64,000 nucleotides of DNA from contig DVOW01000025.1 in NCBI GenBank assembly GCA_018713335.1, forward strand, positions 46,457 to 110,456. The letters are read 5' to 3'. A program made the translations under genes and the position numbers. Below, piece by piece: positions 41,423-50,415 of the stretch. Each line of letters opens with the position of its first letter. Positions within the stretch are counted from its first letter, which is position 1. A model generated the notes under the pieces. That model saw nothing but the letters and a program-made list of their open reading frames with translations. It did not search any database and was not told the origin of the DNA. This DNA is from Candidatus Merdivicinus intestinigallinarum (GTDB lineage: Bacteria > Bacillota > Clostridia > Oscillospirales > Ruminococcaceae).

Positions 41423-42532
41423 TTAATACTTTCCGTATTGGTTTACCAGTTCCCGCACCCGGCGCAGCCGCCGGACGGTGGAACCGGGGACCACCTGGTC
41501 CGCCACTCCCAGGACATAGTTGGGGGACTTGGTCATGACTTCAATACAGTGCATCAGGTGGGCGTCAAAATCCGCGTCGCTGAAGCTGTCCTCCCGGAAA
41601 AGCCCGCCGGGCATGCCGCCCCAGATGATGGTTTCCGGCAGCACCAGCTCCCGGGCCTCCTCAATGGTCACATCCCCCACAGGCTTCGGGGTCACCGCCT
41701 CGATGACGTCGAATCCGGAGCGTTTGGACAGTTCGCCAATGAGCCCCCGGACAGTGCCGTCCTGATGGACAAAGGAGTATTTTCCGGCGGCCCGGATGCG
41801 GTCCGTCCATTTTTTGTGGTAGCCCTCCATCAGCTCATAAAAGGGTTTGACACATTCGGAGGTGATGTTTTCGGGGATCATGATGCACTCCGCCGGGGAA
41901 TTTACCGTCAGCTCGCAGGCTTCGTCAAATTTTGCCTCCATGCGCTTTAAGCAGTCCAGGACGGTTTCTTCCTCGTCCATCAGCATGAAGGTGAAATTCT
42001 CCACCCCGCTGGCCAGGGCGATCAGGTTCATCAACGGGCTTTTGGGGGTATAGCAGAGGACGACCCCGTTGTCGCCAATGGTTTCGTACCGCTTCTCAGC
42101 GTATTCATAATTGGGGGTATAGACGGTGTTTTCCAGCATATCGCAGTAGAGCTTCAAGTCCTCCGCCGTTTCCACCATGTGTTTGGTGACGCCCCAGCTG
42201 TAGCTTTTCCGGCTGAACTCCGAAATCTGGGTCAGCTCGCCGCCGGAAGGGCAGTGGATGCGCTGGACCATCCGGTTCCCGTTCTGCTCCGTGGTTTCCT
42301 CAAAGCCTGTCCGGGTACCGGTAAAAGGCTCAAACCCCTGTAAATAAAATCCGATCCCCAGGTCCCGGTGCAGCTTTTGCAGGCCGTTGCCGTACCAGGT
42401 GTTGCGGTATTCTTCCGGATAAGTTTCGTCCACCTCCAGACCGTAGGTCCAGTAAGCCAGGTCGGCGCACCAGGGCAGCTGGTCCGGCTGTTTCCTCTGA
42501 AGGATGGACAGGACGCGTTCTCTTTCGGTCAT
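41423..42532 (-). CDS. URO-D/MtaA-family protein, paralog 4 (H-Q-D-G variant)
   Basis: I prefer the ATG at 42532 (MTERERVLS...), which is 9 nt after GGGAG; the ATG at 42541 is an alternative. Key segment: IMIPENITSECVKP...SFVHQDGTVRGLIGELSKRSGFDVIEAVTP. It ends 15 nt before paralog 3. Confidence 0.8.
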   Translation of the reverse strand: MTERERVLSILQRKQPDQLPWCADLAYWTYGLEVDETYPEEYRNTWYGNGLQKLHRDLGIGFYLQGFEPFTGTRTGFEETTEQNGNRMVQRIHCPSGGELTQISEFSRKSYSWGVTKHMVETAEDLKLYCDMLENTVYTPNYEYAEKRYETIGDNGVVLCYTPKSPLMNLIALASGVENFTFMLMDEEETVLDCLKRMEAKFDEACELTVNSPAECIMIPENITSECVKPFYELMEGYHKKWTDRIRAAGKYSFVHQDGTVRGLIGELSKRSGFDVIEAVTPKPVGDVTIEEARELVLPETIIWGGMPGGLFREDSFSDADFDAHLMHCIEVMTKSPNYVLGVADQVVPGSTVRRLRRVRELVNQYGKY

Positions 42533-42737
42533 TGCGGTCATCTCCCTTTTAAAAGTTCTAGTTTTATTATAAAGAACTGGAAAATTTTTAGCATTGAATA
42601 TTTGTCCAGGCAAAATTTTAAAGCTGCCTGTTCTTTCAGAAATTTCCAGTTTTGATAAGATTTCGGAAAAGCAGTGGGGCTTTCTTTGTGAAAAATCATC
42701 ATTTATGAATTTTTTCCGAAAAAAATGCAAAATTTGC

Positions 42738-42766
42738 TTGAAGAAAAAGGAAACTTGACTTATAAT
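42738..42766 (+). promoter_or_regulatory. Candidate sigma-A promoter of the NCS2 permease gene
   Basis: TTGAAG (42738-42743), a 17-nt spacer, then TATAAT (42761-42766). The leader is only about 35 nt, which is too short for a purine riboswitch. Confidence 0.6.
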
Positions 42767-42808
42767 AAAAATGCTTTCATTTTACTTTTGACAGGAGGAG
42801 TTCTCTGC

Positions 42809-44164
42809 ATGGAAAAGCTGTTTCATCTCAAGCAGAACGGCACCAATGTAAAAACTGAAATTGTTGCCGGCTTGACTACTTTCTTTGCAATGGCTTACAT
42901 TATCGTCGTCAACCCGTCGATTTTAAGCCAGACCGGTATGGAATGGGGCGCCGTTTTCCTGGCCACCATCATCGCTTCCATTATCGGTACCTTAATCATG
43001 GGGCTGTTTGCCAACGTCCCTTACGCTCAGGCCCCCGGCATGGGCCTCAACGCCTTCTTTACCTACACGGTCTGCTTCGGGCTGGGATTTACCTGGCAGC
43101 AGGCCATGAGCATGGTGTTCCTCTGCGGGTTGATTAACATCCTGCTGACGGTGACCAAAATCCGCAAATACATCATTAAGGCCATTCCCCACAGCCTGCA
43201 GAACGCCATCGGCGGCGGCATCGGTATTTTCGTGGCGTATATCGGCCTTCTGAACGTGGGCATCATTAGCTTTGATTCCGGCGTTCCCGCCCTGGCTACC
43301 CTGGATCAGCCCGCTTTCTGGCTGTTCCTCATTGGCCTGGCTCTGATTATCGTGCTCCAGGTGCTGCATGTCAAAGGCGCAATTCTCATCGGTATCGTGG
43401 CCGCCACTCTGCTGGGCATCCCCATGGGCGTTACATCTCCCCAGGATACCGTAAGCTTTACGGAAGCCTGCAAGGCCCTGCCCACTACCGTTTTTGCTAT
43501 CTTTAAGCCGGAAGGGCTTGTCAGCCTCTTTACAGACGCGGCGAAGCTGCCTCTGGCCCTGATCACCATTTTCTCCTTCAGCATCACCGACACCTTCGAC
43601 ACCATCGGCACCTTCATCGGCACCGGCCGCAAATCCGGCATCTTCAGCGCCGAGGACGAAAAAGCCATGGAAACCAACGCCGGCTTTAAATCCAAAATGG
43701 ACAAGGCCCTCTTTGCCGACGCCACCGCTACTTCCATCGGCGCCCTGTTCGGCACCTCCAACACCACCACCTATGTGGAAAGCGCAGCCGGTATCGGCGC
43801 AGGCGGCCGCACAGGCCTGACCAGCGTTGTGGTAGCCATCTGCTTTGCTATCAGCGCCTTCCTGTCCACCTTTATCAGCGCCATCCCTTACGCCGCTACG
43901 GCTCCGGCTCTGGTGATCGTCGGCATTATGATGCTGTCCAGCTTCAAGGAAATCAACTGGACCGATTTCTCCGACGCGGTTCCCGCCTTCTTTGCCGGCC
44001 TGTTTATGGCCCTGTGCTACAGCATCTCCTACGGCATCGGCTTCGGCTTTATCACCTACTGCCTGGTCAAAGTCTGCAAAAAGCAGGCCAAAGAAATCCA
44101 TCCCATCCTGTGGGTGGTTACCGGCCTGTTCATCTTAAACTTTGTCGTGCTGGCCCTGATTTAA
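42809..44164 (+). CDS. NCS2/AzgA-family purine (adenine/guanine/hypoxanthine) permease
   Basis: The start is moved to the ATG at 42809 after GGAGGAG. MEKLFHLKQNGTNVKTEIVAGLTTFFAMAYIIVVNP is the characteristic PbuG/AzgA N-terminus. Confidence 0.9.
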   Translation: MEKLFHLKQNGTNVKTEIVAGLTTFFAMAYIIVVNPSILSQTGMEWGAVFLATIIASIIGTLIMGLFANVPYAQAPGMGLNAFFTYTVCFGLGFTWQQAMSMVFLCGLINILLTVTKIRKYIIKAIPHSLQNAIGGGIGIFVAYIGLLNVGIISFDSGVPALATLDQPAFWLFLIGLALIIVLQVLHVKGAILIGIVAATLLGIPMGVTSPQDTVSFTEACKALPTTVFAIFKPEGLVSLFTDAAKLPLALITIFSFSITDTFDTIGTFIGTGRKSGIFSAEDEKAMETNAGFKSKMDKALFADATATSIGALFGTSNTTTYVESAAGIGAGGRTGLTSVVVAICFAISAFLSTFISAIPYAATAPALVIVGIMMLSSFKEINWTDFSDAVPAFFAGLFMALCYSISYGIGFGFITYCLVKVCKKQAKEIHPILWVVTGLFILNFVVLALI

Positions 44165-44199
44165 CCGGCTCTCAAACAGTCAGTCATCGATTATAGTAA

Positions 44200-44230
44200 A
44201 AAAGCGGAAGCGCGATGCTTTCGCTTTTTT
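44200..44230 (+). terminator. Intrinsic terminator after the permease gene
   Basis: AAAA-GCGGAAGC-gcgat-GCTTTCGC-TTTTTT. Confidence 0.7.
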
Positions 44231-44269
44231 GTCTATACGGCAGATTGGAATTTGCAGAGGAAAAATTTT

Positions 44270-44782
44270 ATGAACGATATTTTATTTGAATATTTGGAAA
44301 AAGAGTCTTTTTCTGAAAATGCTCCGCACCTTTTTTCTATTTTACATGCGAATATGACTTTGATTGCACCAACCGGCAATAGCTATGAGGAAGATTACGA
44401 ATGCTGGCGCGATGCTTTTGGCAGCGCCTTTGTCCAGCAGGAAGAGAGGAAAATCATTCTGATCCTATCCCAGCATAGGGTGGTCGGCTTTTTTTGCTAT
44501 TCAGTGAATGGAGATATATTCAGAATGGAAGAAATACAAATTATTCCGGATTACCAAGGGAAGGATGGCGTATTCCGTAACTTATATAGTTTTGTAGTAA
44601 AAAATCTGCCGGAGAACCTCCAATATGTAGAAGCGTTTGCAAATAAGAAAAACAGCAGATCCCTTGCGATCCTTGATCGGTTGGGTTTGAAAATCATAGG
44701 AACAAATAGGAACCATACAAGTTATCATTTACGGGGAACTTTTGATGATTTGCTGCTATGGTTAAATAGAAGCAGCTCATGA
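44270..44782 (+). CDS. GNAT-family N-acetyltransferase-like protein (AT-rich gene)
   Basis: The ATG at 44270 follows GAGGAAAA; 170 aa. The GNAT motif-A-like segment is MEEIQIIPDYQGKDGVFRNLYSFV. G+C is clearly below that of the neighbours. Confidence 0.65.
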   Translation: MNDILFEYLEKESFSENAPHLFSILHANMTLIAPTGNSYEEDYECWRDAFGSAFVQQEERKIILILSQHRVVGFFCYSVNGDIFRMEEIQIIPDYQGKDGVFRNLYSFVVKNLPENLQYVEAFANKKNSRSLAILDRLGLKIIGTNRNHTSYHLRGTFDDLLLWLNRSSS

Positions 44783-44884
44783 CCAATTCTTTATTGACAT
44801 GGGACGCCTCAATAATCCCCAATTATATTAAAAAACCCCTATATCCAGCCGCTTGGCGTGGAAACAGGGGTTTTTGTGATTCGG

Positions 44885-45937
44885 TTAAAACTCTGTGGAG
44901 CGTTTGAAAATCACCTGAGGCTGGATATATACCACCTCATGGAAGCTGATGGGGGATTCCAGCTGCCGCAGGAGCTGCTGGGCCAGGCGTTTGCCCAGGT
45001 CGGCGGTTTCCACCGCAACAGTGGTCAGCTCCGAAGCCGTCAGGATGGACGCCTTGATGTTGTCGTACCCGGAAACCGCCAGGTCCTCCGGAACAGACAG
45101 CCCCCGTTCCCGCAGACAGCTGATGACCGTGTAGGCCGTGACATCGTTGGCGCAGACGAACCCTTCCGGCAGGTTTTGCAGGGAATCTACGAACTCCCGG
45201 ACCTCGTCCTGGAAGTAAAAATGCCCCCGTTTGCTGTCCGTCAGGCAAAATTCCGGCCATATCGGGATATCATGGGCGCGGCAGGCGCTTTCAAAGCCCC
45301 GGTACCGGTCGTACATGGTCTGGGCATAGGTAATGTCCCCGATAAAGCCCAGAGTTTTCCGGCCCCGCCGGATGATGTTCTCCGTAATGCTGCGGATTAC
45401 CCGTTCCCCCTCCAGCAGGACCACGTCCGCAGTCAGCCCTTCCCGGAATTTGTCCGGCGTGATGTCCAAAAAGACCACCGGAATACCGGAGTTGGACAGG
45501 GCGGAAATGGCGGCGTTGTTGTACACGTTGATGACAATGATGCCGCAGACACTGTGGTCCAGGATGCTTTTGGGCATGGAGAAATTGGTTTCCTCCGTTC
45601 GGGTAATAAAGTGGTAGACAAAGTTGTAGCCCTTGGAGGAGACTTCGTTGGCAATCCCGTTGATGATTTTCAGCCAGAAATCGGAAAAATCCGGTTCGGT
45701 GGCGATCACGGCGATATTGTTGCGCACAATAGGATTGCTGTTGTCTGTCTGATGAGCCAGCCGGAGGATGTCCCGATTGATTTTTTTATAGTCATATTCG
45801 ACCAGCTTCCGCGCTACACGCCTTCTGGTATCCTCGGAAACGCCTTCCTTGTTGTTGATGACTTTGGAAACCGTGATCCGGGACACGTTCAGCTCATCTG
45901 CGATCTGCTGCAATGAGATTTTAGGCTTTTGTTCCAT
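44885..45937 (-). CDS. LacI-family transcriptional regulator
   Basis: AAAGGAGGAG RBS. The N-terminal HTH is ISLQQIADELNVSRITVSKVINNKEGVSEDTRRRV, followed by a periplasmic-binding-protein-like sensor domain. Confidence 0.9.
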   Translation of the reverse strand: MEQKPKISLQQIADELNVSRITVSKVINNKEGVSEDTRRRVARKLVEYDYKKINRDILRLAHQTDNSNPIVRNNIAVIATEPDFSDFWLKIINGIANEVSSKGYNFVYHFITRTEETNFSMPKSILDHSVCGIIVINVYNNAAISALSNSGIPVVFLDITPDKFREGLTADVVLLEGERVIRSITENIIRRGRKTLGFIGDITYAQTMYDRYRGFESACRAHDIPIWPEFCLTDSKRGHFYFQDEVREFVDSLQNLPEGFVCANDVTAYTVISCLRERGLSVPEDLAVSGYDNIKASILTASELTTVAVETADLGKRLAQQLLRQLESPISFHEVVYIQPQVIFKRSTEF

Positions 45938-46000
45938 GATCTCCTCCTTTCTTCCCTGGATTGGGAGCCCCGGGAGCTGCCCGGGGCCGCATTTTTATAT

Positions 46001-49000
46001 TTATTTGGTCAGACGGAAGGTCTTGATCTCATAAGGCTTTACAGTAAAGGTGAAGCTGTGCCCGTCGGTGGGGATCTCCGCTTCGGGGTTCTCCATCAGG
46101 TCGCATTCCTCCACCTTGGAGAAGGCGTCCGCCAGCTTCACGGTCACTTCCGTGCGACGGTTCTGGAACTCGTACAGGCGGATCATGGTGCTGTCGCTGT
46201 CCTCGGCCTTCTTGACGGTTTCCAGGGCCACGTTTTCCGCGGAAACATCCACATAGCTGTGAGGCAGTCCCTGGCCCTTAGCGGCGGCCACAGCCGTCCG
46301 GACGGGGATGTTCAGGGCATAAGCTGCCTGGGGAACATTCCCTTCCCGCCAGCCGCCCAGGTGAGGCAGCAGGGCATAGGTGAAGGTGTGCTCCTCCTGG
46401 TCGGTGACCGGGTTGGGGACGATGCCGGATTTTAAGAGGGTCAGGGTCATATGGCCTTCCCGGATGGAATGTCCGTATTTGCAGTCATTGAGGATGGCCA
46501 CGCCGTAGCCGCCTTCGGACAGGTCGGCCCACTTATGGGCGCAAACCTCGAACTTGGCCACATCCCACATGGTGTTTGCGTGGGTGGGGCGGGTCAGGTT
46601 GCCGAACTGGATGTCGTAGGTGGCTTCGTTGGCGTTGACGTCCACATCAAACTCCGCTTTTAAGAGGACCTGATGCTGCTTCCAGTCCACCCAGGTGTCG
46701 AACTCGATGTTCCGGTTATCCGCGTAGAAGTGGATGTTCTGGACGACAGTGGAGTGGAGGAATTTCCGTTGGATCCGCAAGGTGGCGCGGACGGGGCCTT
46801 TTTCGGTCCATTCCATGGACTGGACGTCGTCTACCAGCCAGGATTTCTCCGGGTAGTAAATTTCAATGTCCCAGTTGTCGTAGTTGATGGGTTTGTCCTC
46901 GTAAGCCTTCAGGACGTTGCCCAGCTTGCCGGGCTTCAGGACCTGGCGGTTGGCCTCTTTGTCGAAAATGGAGGTGAAGAAGCCCTTTTCGTTCCAGGTG
47001 ATGTCGTAGAAGGGGGTCTGGATGCCGTTTTCCGTAAAGACAAAGGGAGAAGTTTCCTCTTTGGCCTTGGCGGGGGTGAAGGCCTTCCAGCCTTTGGCGG
47101 GGACATTGGCCACATGGCAGACGGCGCCGTCGGCAGTTTTCTGGACAGGGTACACATTGCCGCACTCGTCCTGTAAGGATTCCGCCTCAAAGGGCACGGA
47201 GATCACAGCGTCCCGGGTGAAGGGGGCGGCGTTGAAGACCACCAGACTGCCTTCCGGCGCGCCGGAATGATCAGCCAGCAGCTGGACGCGGTTCTCAATG
47301 AGGTTGCCGGCCCGTTTCAGCAGGTCCTCGTATTCCACCTTGGTGACTTCGTACACGTCGTGGATGGAGGAGCCGGGCAGGATGTCGTGGAACTGGTTGA
47401 GCAAAATGGTTTCCCAGCTCTTGTAGATTTCCTCGGCGGGGTATTCCACGCCCAGGTCCCTTGCCCAGTTGGCGAAGAATTCCGCTTCCTGCCACATGAG
47501 CTCGGATTTCCGGTTGCCCTTCTTGTTCCGGGCCATGGAGGTGTAGGTGCCCCGGTGGTATTCCAGGTACAGTTCGCCGACCCAGCGGGGGAGCTTCTCA
47601 TTTTTGCCGCAGGTTTCATACAGCTCGTCGAAGTATTTCCGGGAAGTTTCCCAGCGGACCTTGGGCGCGCCGGTAATGCCCTTGGAAAGGCGCTCCGCGT
47701 TTTCCGCCATGGGGCGGGTGGTCCCGCCGCCGCCGTCGCCGTAGCCGCAGGACAGGAGGACGTCGTTGGCGAATTCCTTCTGCTGGTAGCGCTCCCAGGC
47801 CCGGATGACAGAGGTGGCGTTCAGGAAGCCGTTATAGGTGGTGTAATGGCTGTCCTTGGCCTGATGGGCGTCCTGGGTGGTGATGAGGTGGGTGAACACC
47901 TCGCTGCCATCGATGCCCTTCCACCAGAAGGTGTCCATGGGCAGCTTGTTGAACTGGTTCCAGGCAATCTTGGTGGTCATGAAGTAGTCGATGCCGGATT
48001 TTTTCATGATTTGAGGCAGGGCCGCGGAATAACCGAACACGTCCGGCAGCCAGAGGATCTTGTTGTCCTTGCCGAAATTCTCCTTAAAGAACTTCTTGCC
48101 GTGGAGGAACTGGCGGACCATGCTTTCGCCGGAAATCAGGTTGCAGTCGGCTTCCAGCCACATGCCGCCTTCCACTTCCCAGCGGCCCTCGGCCACCCGC
48201 TGTTTGATGCGCTCGAACAGATCGGGGTAACGCTCTTTCACGAAAGCGTAGAGCTGGGGCTGGCTGGACATGAATTTGTAATTGGGGTACTCGTCCATGA
48301 GCTTCAGGACGGTGGCGAAGGAACGGGCCGCTTTTTCCCGGGTCTGGGAAACGGTCCACCACCAGGCTACGTCGATGTGGGTGTGGCCGATGCAGGTGGC
48401 AATCACCTCGTCGTGGCCCGCCAGCTCCGTATAGATTTTCTGCTCCACATACTCATTGGCGGCGTCGATGGAAGCGTAAAACTCCGGGCTGTAAGGCTCC
48501 CGCAGGTCAATGAGGTTGATGGTTTCGTTCAGGGCCTTTTCCAGAGCGATGCGGCTCATGTTGTCCTTTTCCAGCCAGCCGGCGATCTCGTTGGGAATGG
48601 TCAGGTTGTAGTAGAGCCGGTCGATCTCTGGGTTCCGTTCCATAAAGGCGGCTTTCAGCTCCAGGTTGAAGTCCTCGCCCACATGCTCATGGGTGTCCCG
48701 GCCGGTATAGGCCTGCAGATCCAGGCGGTAGGTTTCGCCTGCCTTGGCGCAGCGGGTCACCAGGACTTCCCGGTGGTTGATGTCAACGCCCTGGATGGGT
48801 TCCCCGTTCAAAAACAGCAGGAACTGGGGGTTCACGGCGTCCCAGTACACCCGGTCAGTGCAGAAGTAGAGCCACAGGGGCTTGCCCTCAAAGCTTTCCG
48901 GCACGGTAAGCTCCGTCCGGAACCAGTAGTGCTCGTCCGGGCCGGCCCAGGTGTCGGTTTCGCAGTGGAAGGGGGCATAGGGGACATCCACGCCGTCCGC

Positions 49001-49123
49001 TTCGGCCGGATTCACATAAAACCCTTTTTTATATTCAAAGGTATTGATGGGACAGTTCTGGACCGTAATCAAACCAGCCAGTTCATTGGTAATCACATCA
49101 ACCCGTTCTTTTGCAAAAATCAT
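46001..49123 (-). CDS. GH38 alpha-mannosidase (long, 1040 aa; paralog of 8636-11821)
   Basis: GH38 motifs are CIGHTHIDVAWWW, PDVFGYSAALPQ and LNQFHDILPGSSIHDVYE. The domain order matches the other long GH38. Confidence 0.9.
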   Translation of the reverse strand: MIFAKERVDVITNELAGLITVQNCPINTFEYKKGFYVNPAEADGVDVPYAPFHCETDTWAGPDEHYWFRTELTVPESFEGKPLWLYFCTDRVYWDAVNPQFLLFLNGEPIQGVDINHREVLVTRCAKAGETYRLDLQAYTGRDTHEHVGEDFNLELKAAFMERNPEIDRLYYNLTIPNEIAGWLEKDNMSRIALEKALNETINLIDLREPYSPEFYASIDAANEYVEQKIYTELAGHDEVIATCIGHTHIDVAWWWTVSQTREKAARSFATVLKLMDEYPNYKFMSSQPQLYAFVKERYPDLFERIKQRVAEGRWEVEGGMWLEADCNLISGESMVRQFLHGKKFFKENFGKDNKILWLPDVFGYSAALPQIMKKSGIDYFMTTKIAWNQFNKLPMDTFWWKGIDGSEVFTHLITTQDAHQAKDSHYTTYNGFLNATSVIRAWERYQQKEFANDVLLSCGYGDGGGGTTRPMAENAERLSKGITGAPKVRWETSRKYFDELYETCGKNEKLPRWVGELYLEYHRGTYTSMARNKKGNRKSELMWQEAEFFANWARDLGVEYPAEEIYKSWETILLNQFHDILPGSSIHDVYEVTKVEYEDLLKRAGNLIENRVQLLADHSGAPEGSLVVFNAAPFTRDAVISVPFEAESLQDECGNVYPVQKTADGAVCHVANVPAKGWKAFTPAKAKEETSPFVFTENGIQTPFYDITWNEKGFFTSIFDKEANRQVLKPGKLGNVLKAYEDKPINYDNWDIEIYYPEKSWLVDDVQSMEWTEKGPVRATLRIQRKFLHSTVVQNIHFYADNRNIEFDTWVDWKQHQVLLKAEFDVDVNANEATYDIQFGNLTRPTHANTMWDVAKFEVCAHKWADLSEGGYGVAILNDCKYGHSIREGHMTLTLLKSGIVPNPVTDQEEHTFTYALLPHLGGWREGNVPQAAYALNIPVRTAVAAAKGQGLPHSYVDVSAENVALETVKKAEDSDSTMIRLYEFQNRRTEVTVKLADAFSKVEECDLMENPEAEIPTDGHSFTFTVKPYEIKTFRLTK

Positions 49124-49226
49124 AGATACGCCTCTTTTCTAAAATAAATTTCGCTTTTGGTATGGAAACATACTCTTTGAGATAAAATTGAAAACTTTTT
49201 TCAAATAAAATTCCCAGAATATAGGT

Positions 49227-49272
49227 AAAACAACCAAAACCACCGGGCCGCACAACCAGCGCGGTCCGATGG
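49227..49272 (-). terminator. Intrinsic terminator after the GH130 gene
   Basis: On the minus strand CCAUCGGACCGC-gcugguugu-GCGGCCCGGUGG forms a 12-bp stem with one mismatch, followed by UUUUGGUUGUUUU. Confidence 0.6.
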
Positions 49273-49287
49273 TTTTGAAACATCCTA

Positions 49288-50283
49288 TTACAGACTGTTT
49301 TTCTTCAGCCAATCCAGGACCTCGTCCACTTTTGTGAATGCTAAGCCTGTCACGGTATCCGCACAGCCGTAGTAAATTGCGATCCGGCCGGTAGCCGCGT
49401 CAGTCAGCGCTGCGCAGGGGAAGGTCACGTTGGGAACGTCGCCTACGCACTCGTAATCCATCTGGGGGGAAATGAGGTACGGGCGGGAACGGTAAAGGAC
49501 CTTGGTGGGATCCTCAAGATCCAGCAAAGCCGCGCCGAAGCTGTAAACGTAGCCGTTGCAGCTGGTCAGAACGCCGTGGTAGAACAGCAGCCAGCCTTCG
49601 TCGGTCTCGATGGGAGCCGGGCCAGGGCCGATCTTGGTGCACTGCCAAGCGGATTCATCGAAGGGCGCAGTACCCATGACAAAACGGTGGCGTCCCCAGT
49701 AAACCAGGTCGGGGCTTTCGCTCAGGTAAATGTCGCCGAAAGCGGTGTGGCCGGTGTCGCTGGGACGGGAAAGCATCATGTACTTGCCGTTGATCTGCCG
49801 CGGGAACAGGACGCCGTTGCGGTTGTAGGGCAGGAAAGCGTTTTCCAGCTGGTAGAACTTTTTGAAGTCATAGGTATAGCCCAGGCCGATGGTGGGGCCG
49901 TGATAGCCGTTGCACCAGCAGATGAAATACCGGTCGCCGCATTTGAGAACGCGGGCGTCATAGCGGTACTGAACCTTCAGGATTTCATCCGGAATTCCGT
50001 CGCCCTCGAATACCAGGGGCTCGTCCTCGATTTCCCAGTGGATGCCGTCTTTGCTGAAACCGGCAAAGAGGTTCATCCGGCGGGCGCGGTCATCGCAGCG
50101 GAAAACGCCGGCGAAACCATCGCCGAAGGGGACTGCGGCGGAATTGAAGATGCTGTTGGAGTTTTTCTGCTCATCCCGGCGGATAATGGGATTCGCGGAA
50201 TAACGCCACATCACGTCTTTGCAGCCTGCGGGTTTTTCTTCCCAGGGAATATTGGGGAGGGCTTCGCCAATAATTTTTGCCAT
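49288..50283 (-). CDS. GH130 beta-mannoside phosphorylase (Man-beta-1,4-GlcNAc / mannooligosaccharide phosphorylase-like)
   Basis: 331 aa. [44 protein letters not shown] and LFYHGV are typical of the GH130 five-bladed propeller phosphorylases. Confidence 0.9.
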   Translation of the reverse strand: MAKIIGEALPNIPWEEKPAGCKDVMWRYSANPIIRRDEQKNSNSIFNSAAVPFGDGFAGVFRCDDRARRMNLFAGFSKDGIHWEIEDEPLVFEGDGIPDEILKVQYRYDARVLKCGDRYFICWCNGYHGPTIGLGYTYDFKKFYQLENAFLPYNRNGVLFPRQINGKYMMLSRPSDTGHTAFGDIYLSESPDLVYWGRHRFVMGTAPFDESAWQCTKIGPGPAPIETDEGWLLFYHGVLTSCNGYVYSFGAALLDLEDPTKVLYRSRPYLISPQMDYECVGDVPNVTFPCAALTDAATGRIAIYYGCADTVTGLAFTKVDEVLDWLKKNSL

Positions 50284-50318
50284 ATTACTACCTCATTTCA
50301 TGCAGAATATTCCCATTT

Positions 50319-50347
50319 ATTATACACGGTTTTGCTGTATTTGTACA
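50319..50347 (-). promoter_or_regulatory. Candidate promoter of the GH130 gene
   Basis: On the minus strand: TGTACA (50347-50342), a 17-nt spacer, then TATAAT (50324-50319) with TG immediately upstream. Confidence 0.45.
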
Positions 50348-50415
50348 GGAGAAAATTTGAAAATTTTCCATGAAGAACCAGGGCCGCCGTAAAACGGCCC
50401 TGATTTTTCGGGCAA

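Noticed and set aside
42725-42808. Purine riboswitch upstream of the AzgA-type purine permease.
   Set aside because: The distance from the predicted -10 box to the start codon is only about 40 nt. No three-way-junction aptamer sequence is present.
45938-46000. The hairpin CCCCGGG-agctg-CCCGGGG between GH38 and lacI as a terminator.
   Set aside because: It is not followed by a U-tract on the transcribed (minus) strand, and an RBS for the LacI gene follows immediately. It is more likely a neutral or processing stem, and the evidence is insufficient.
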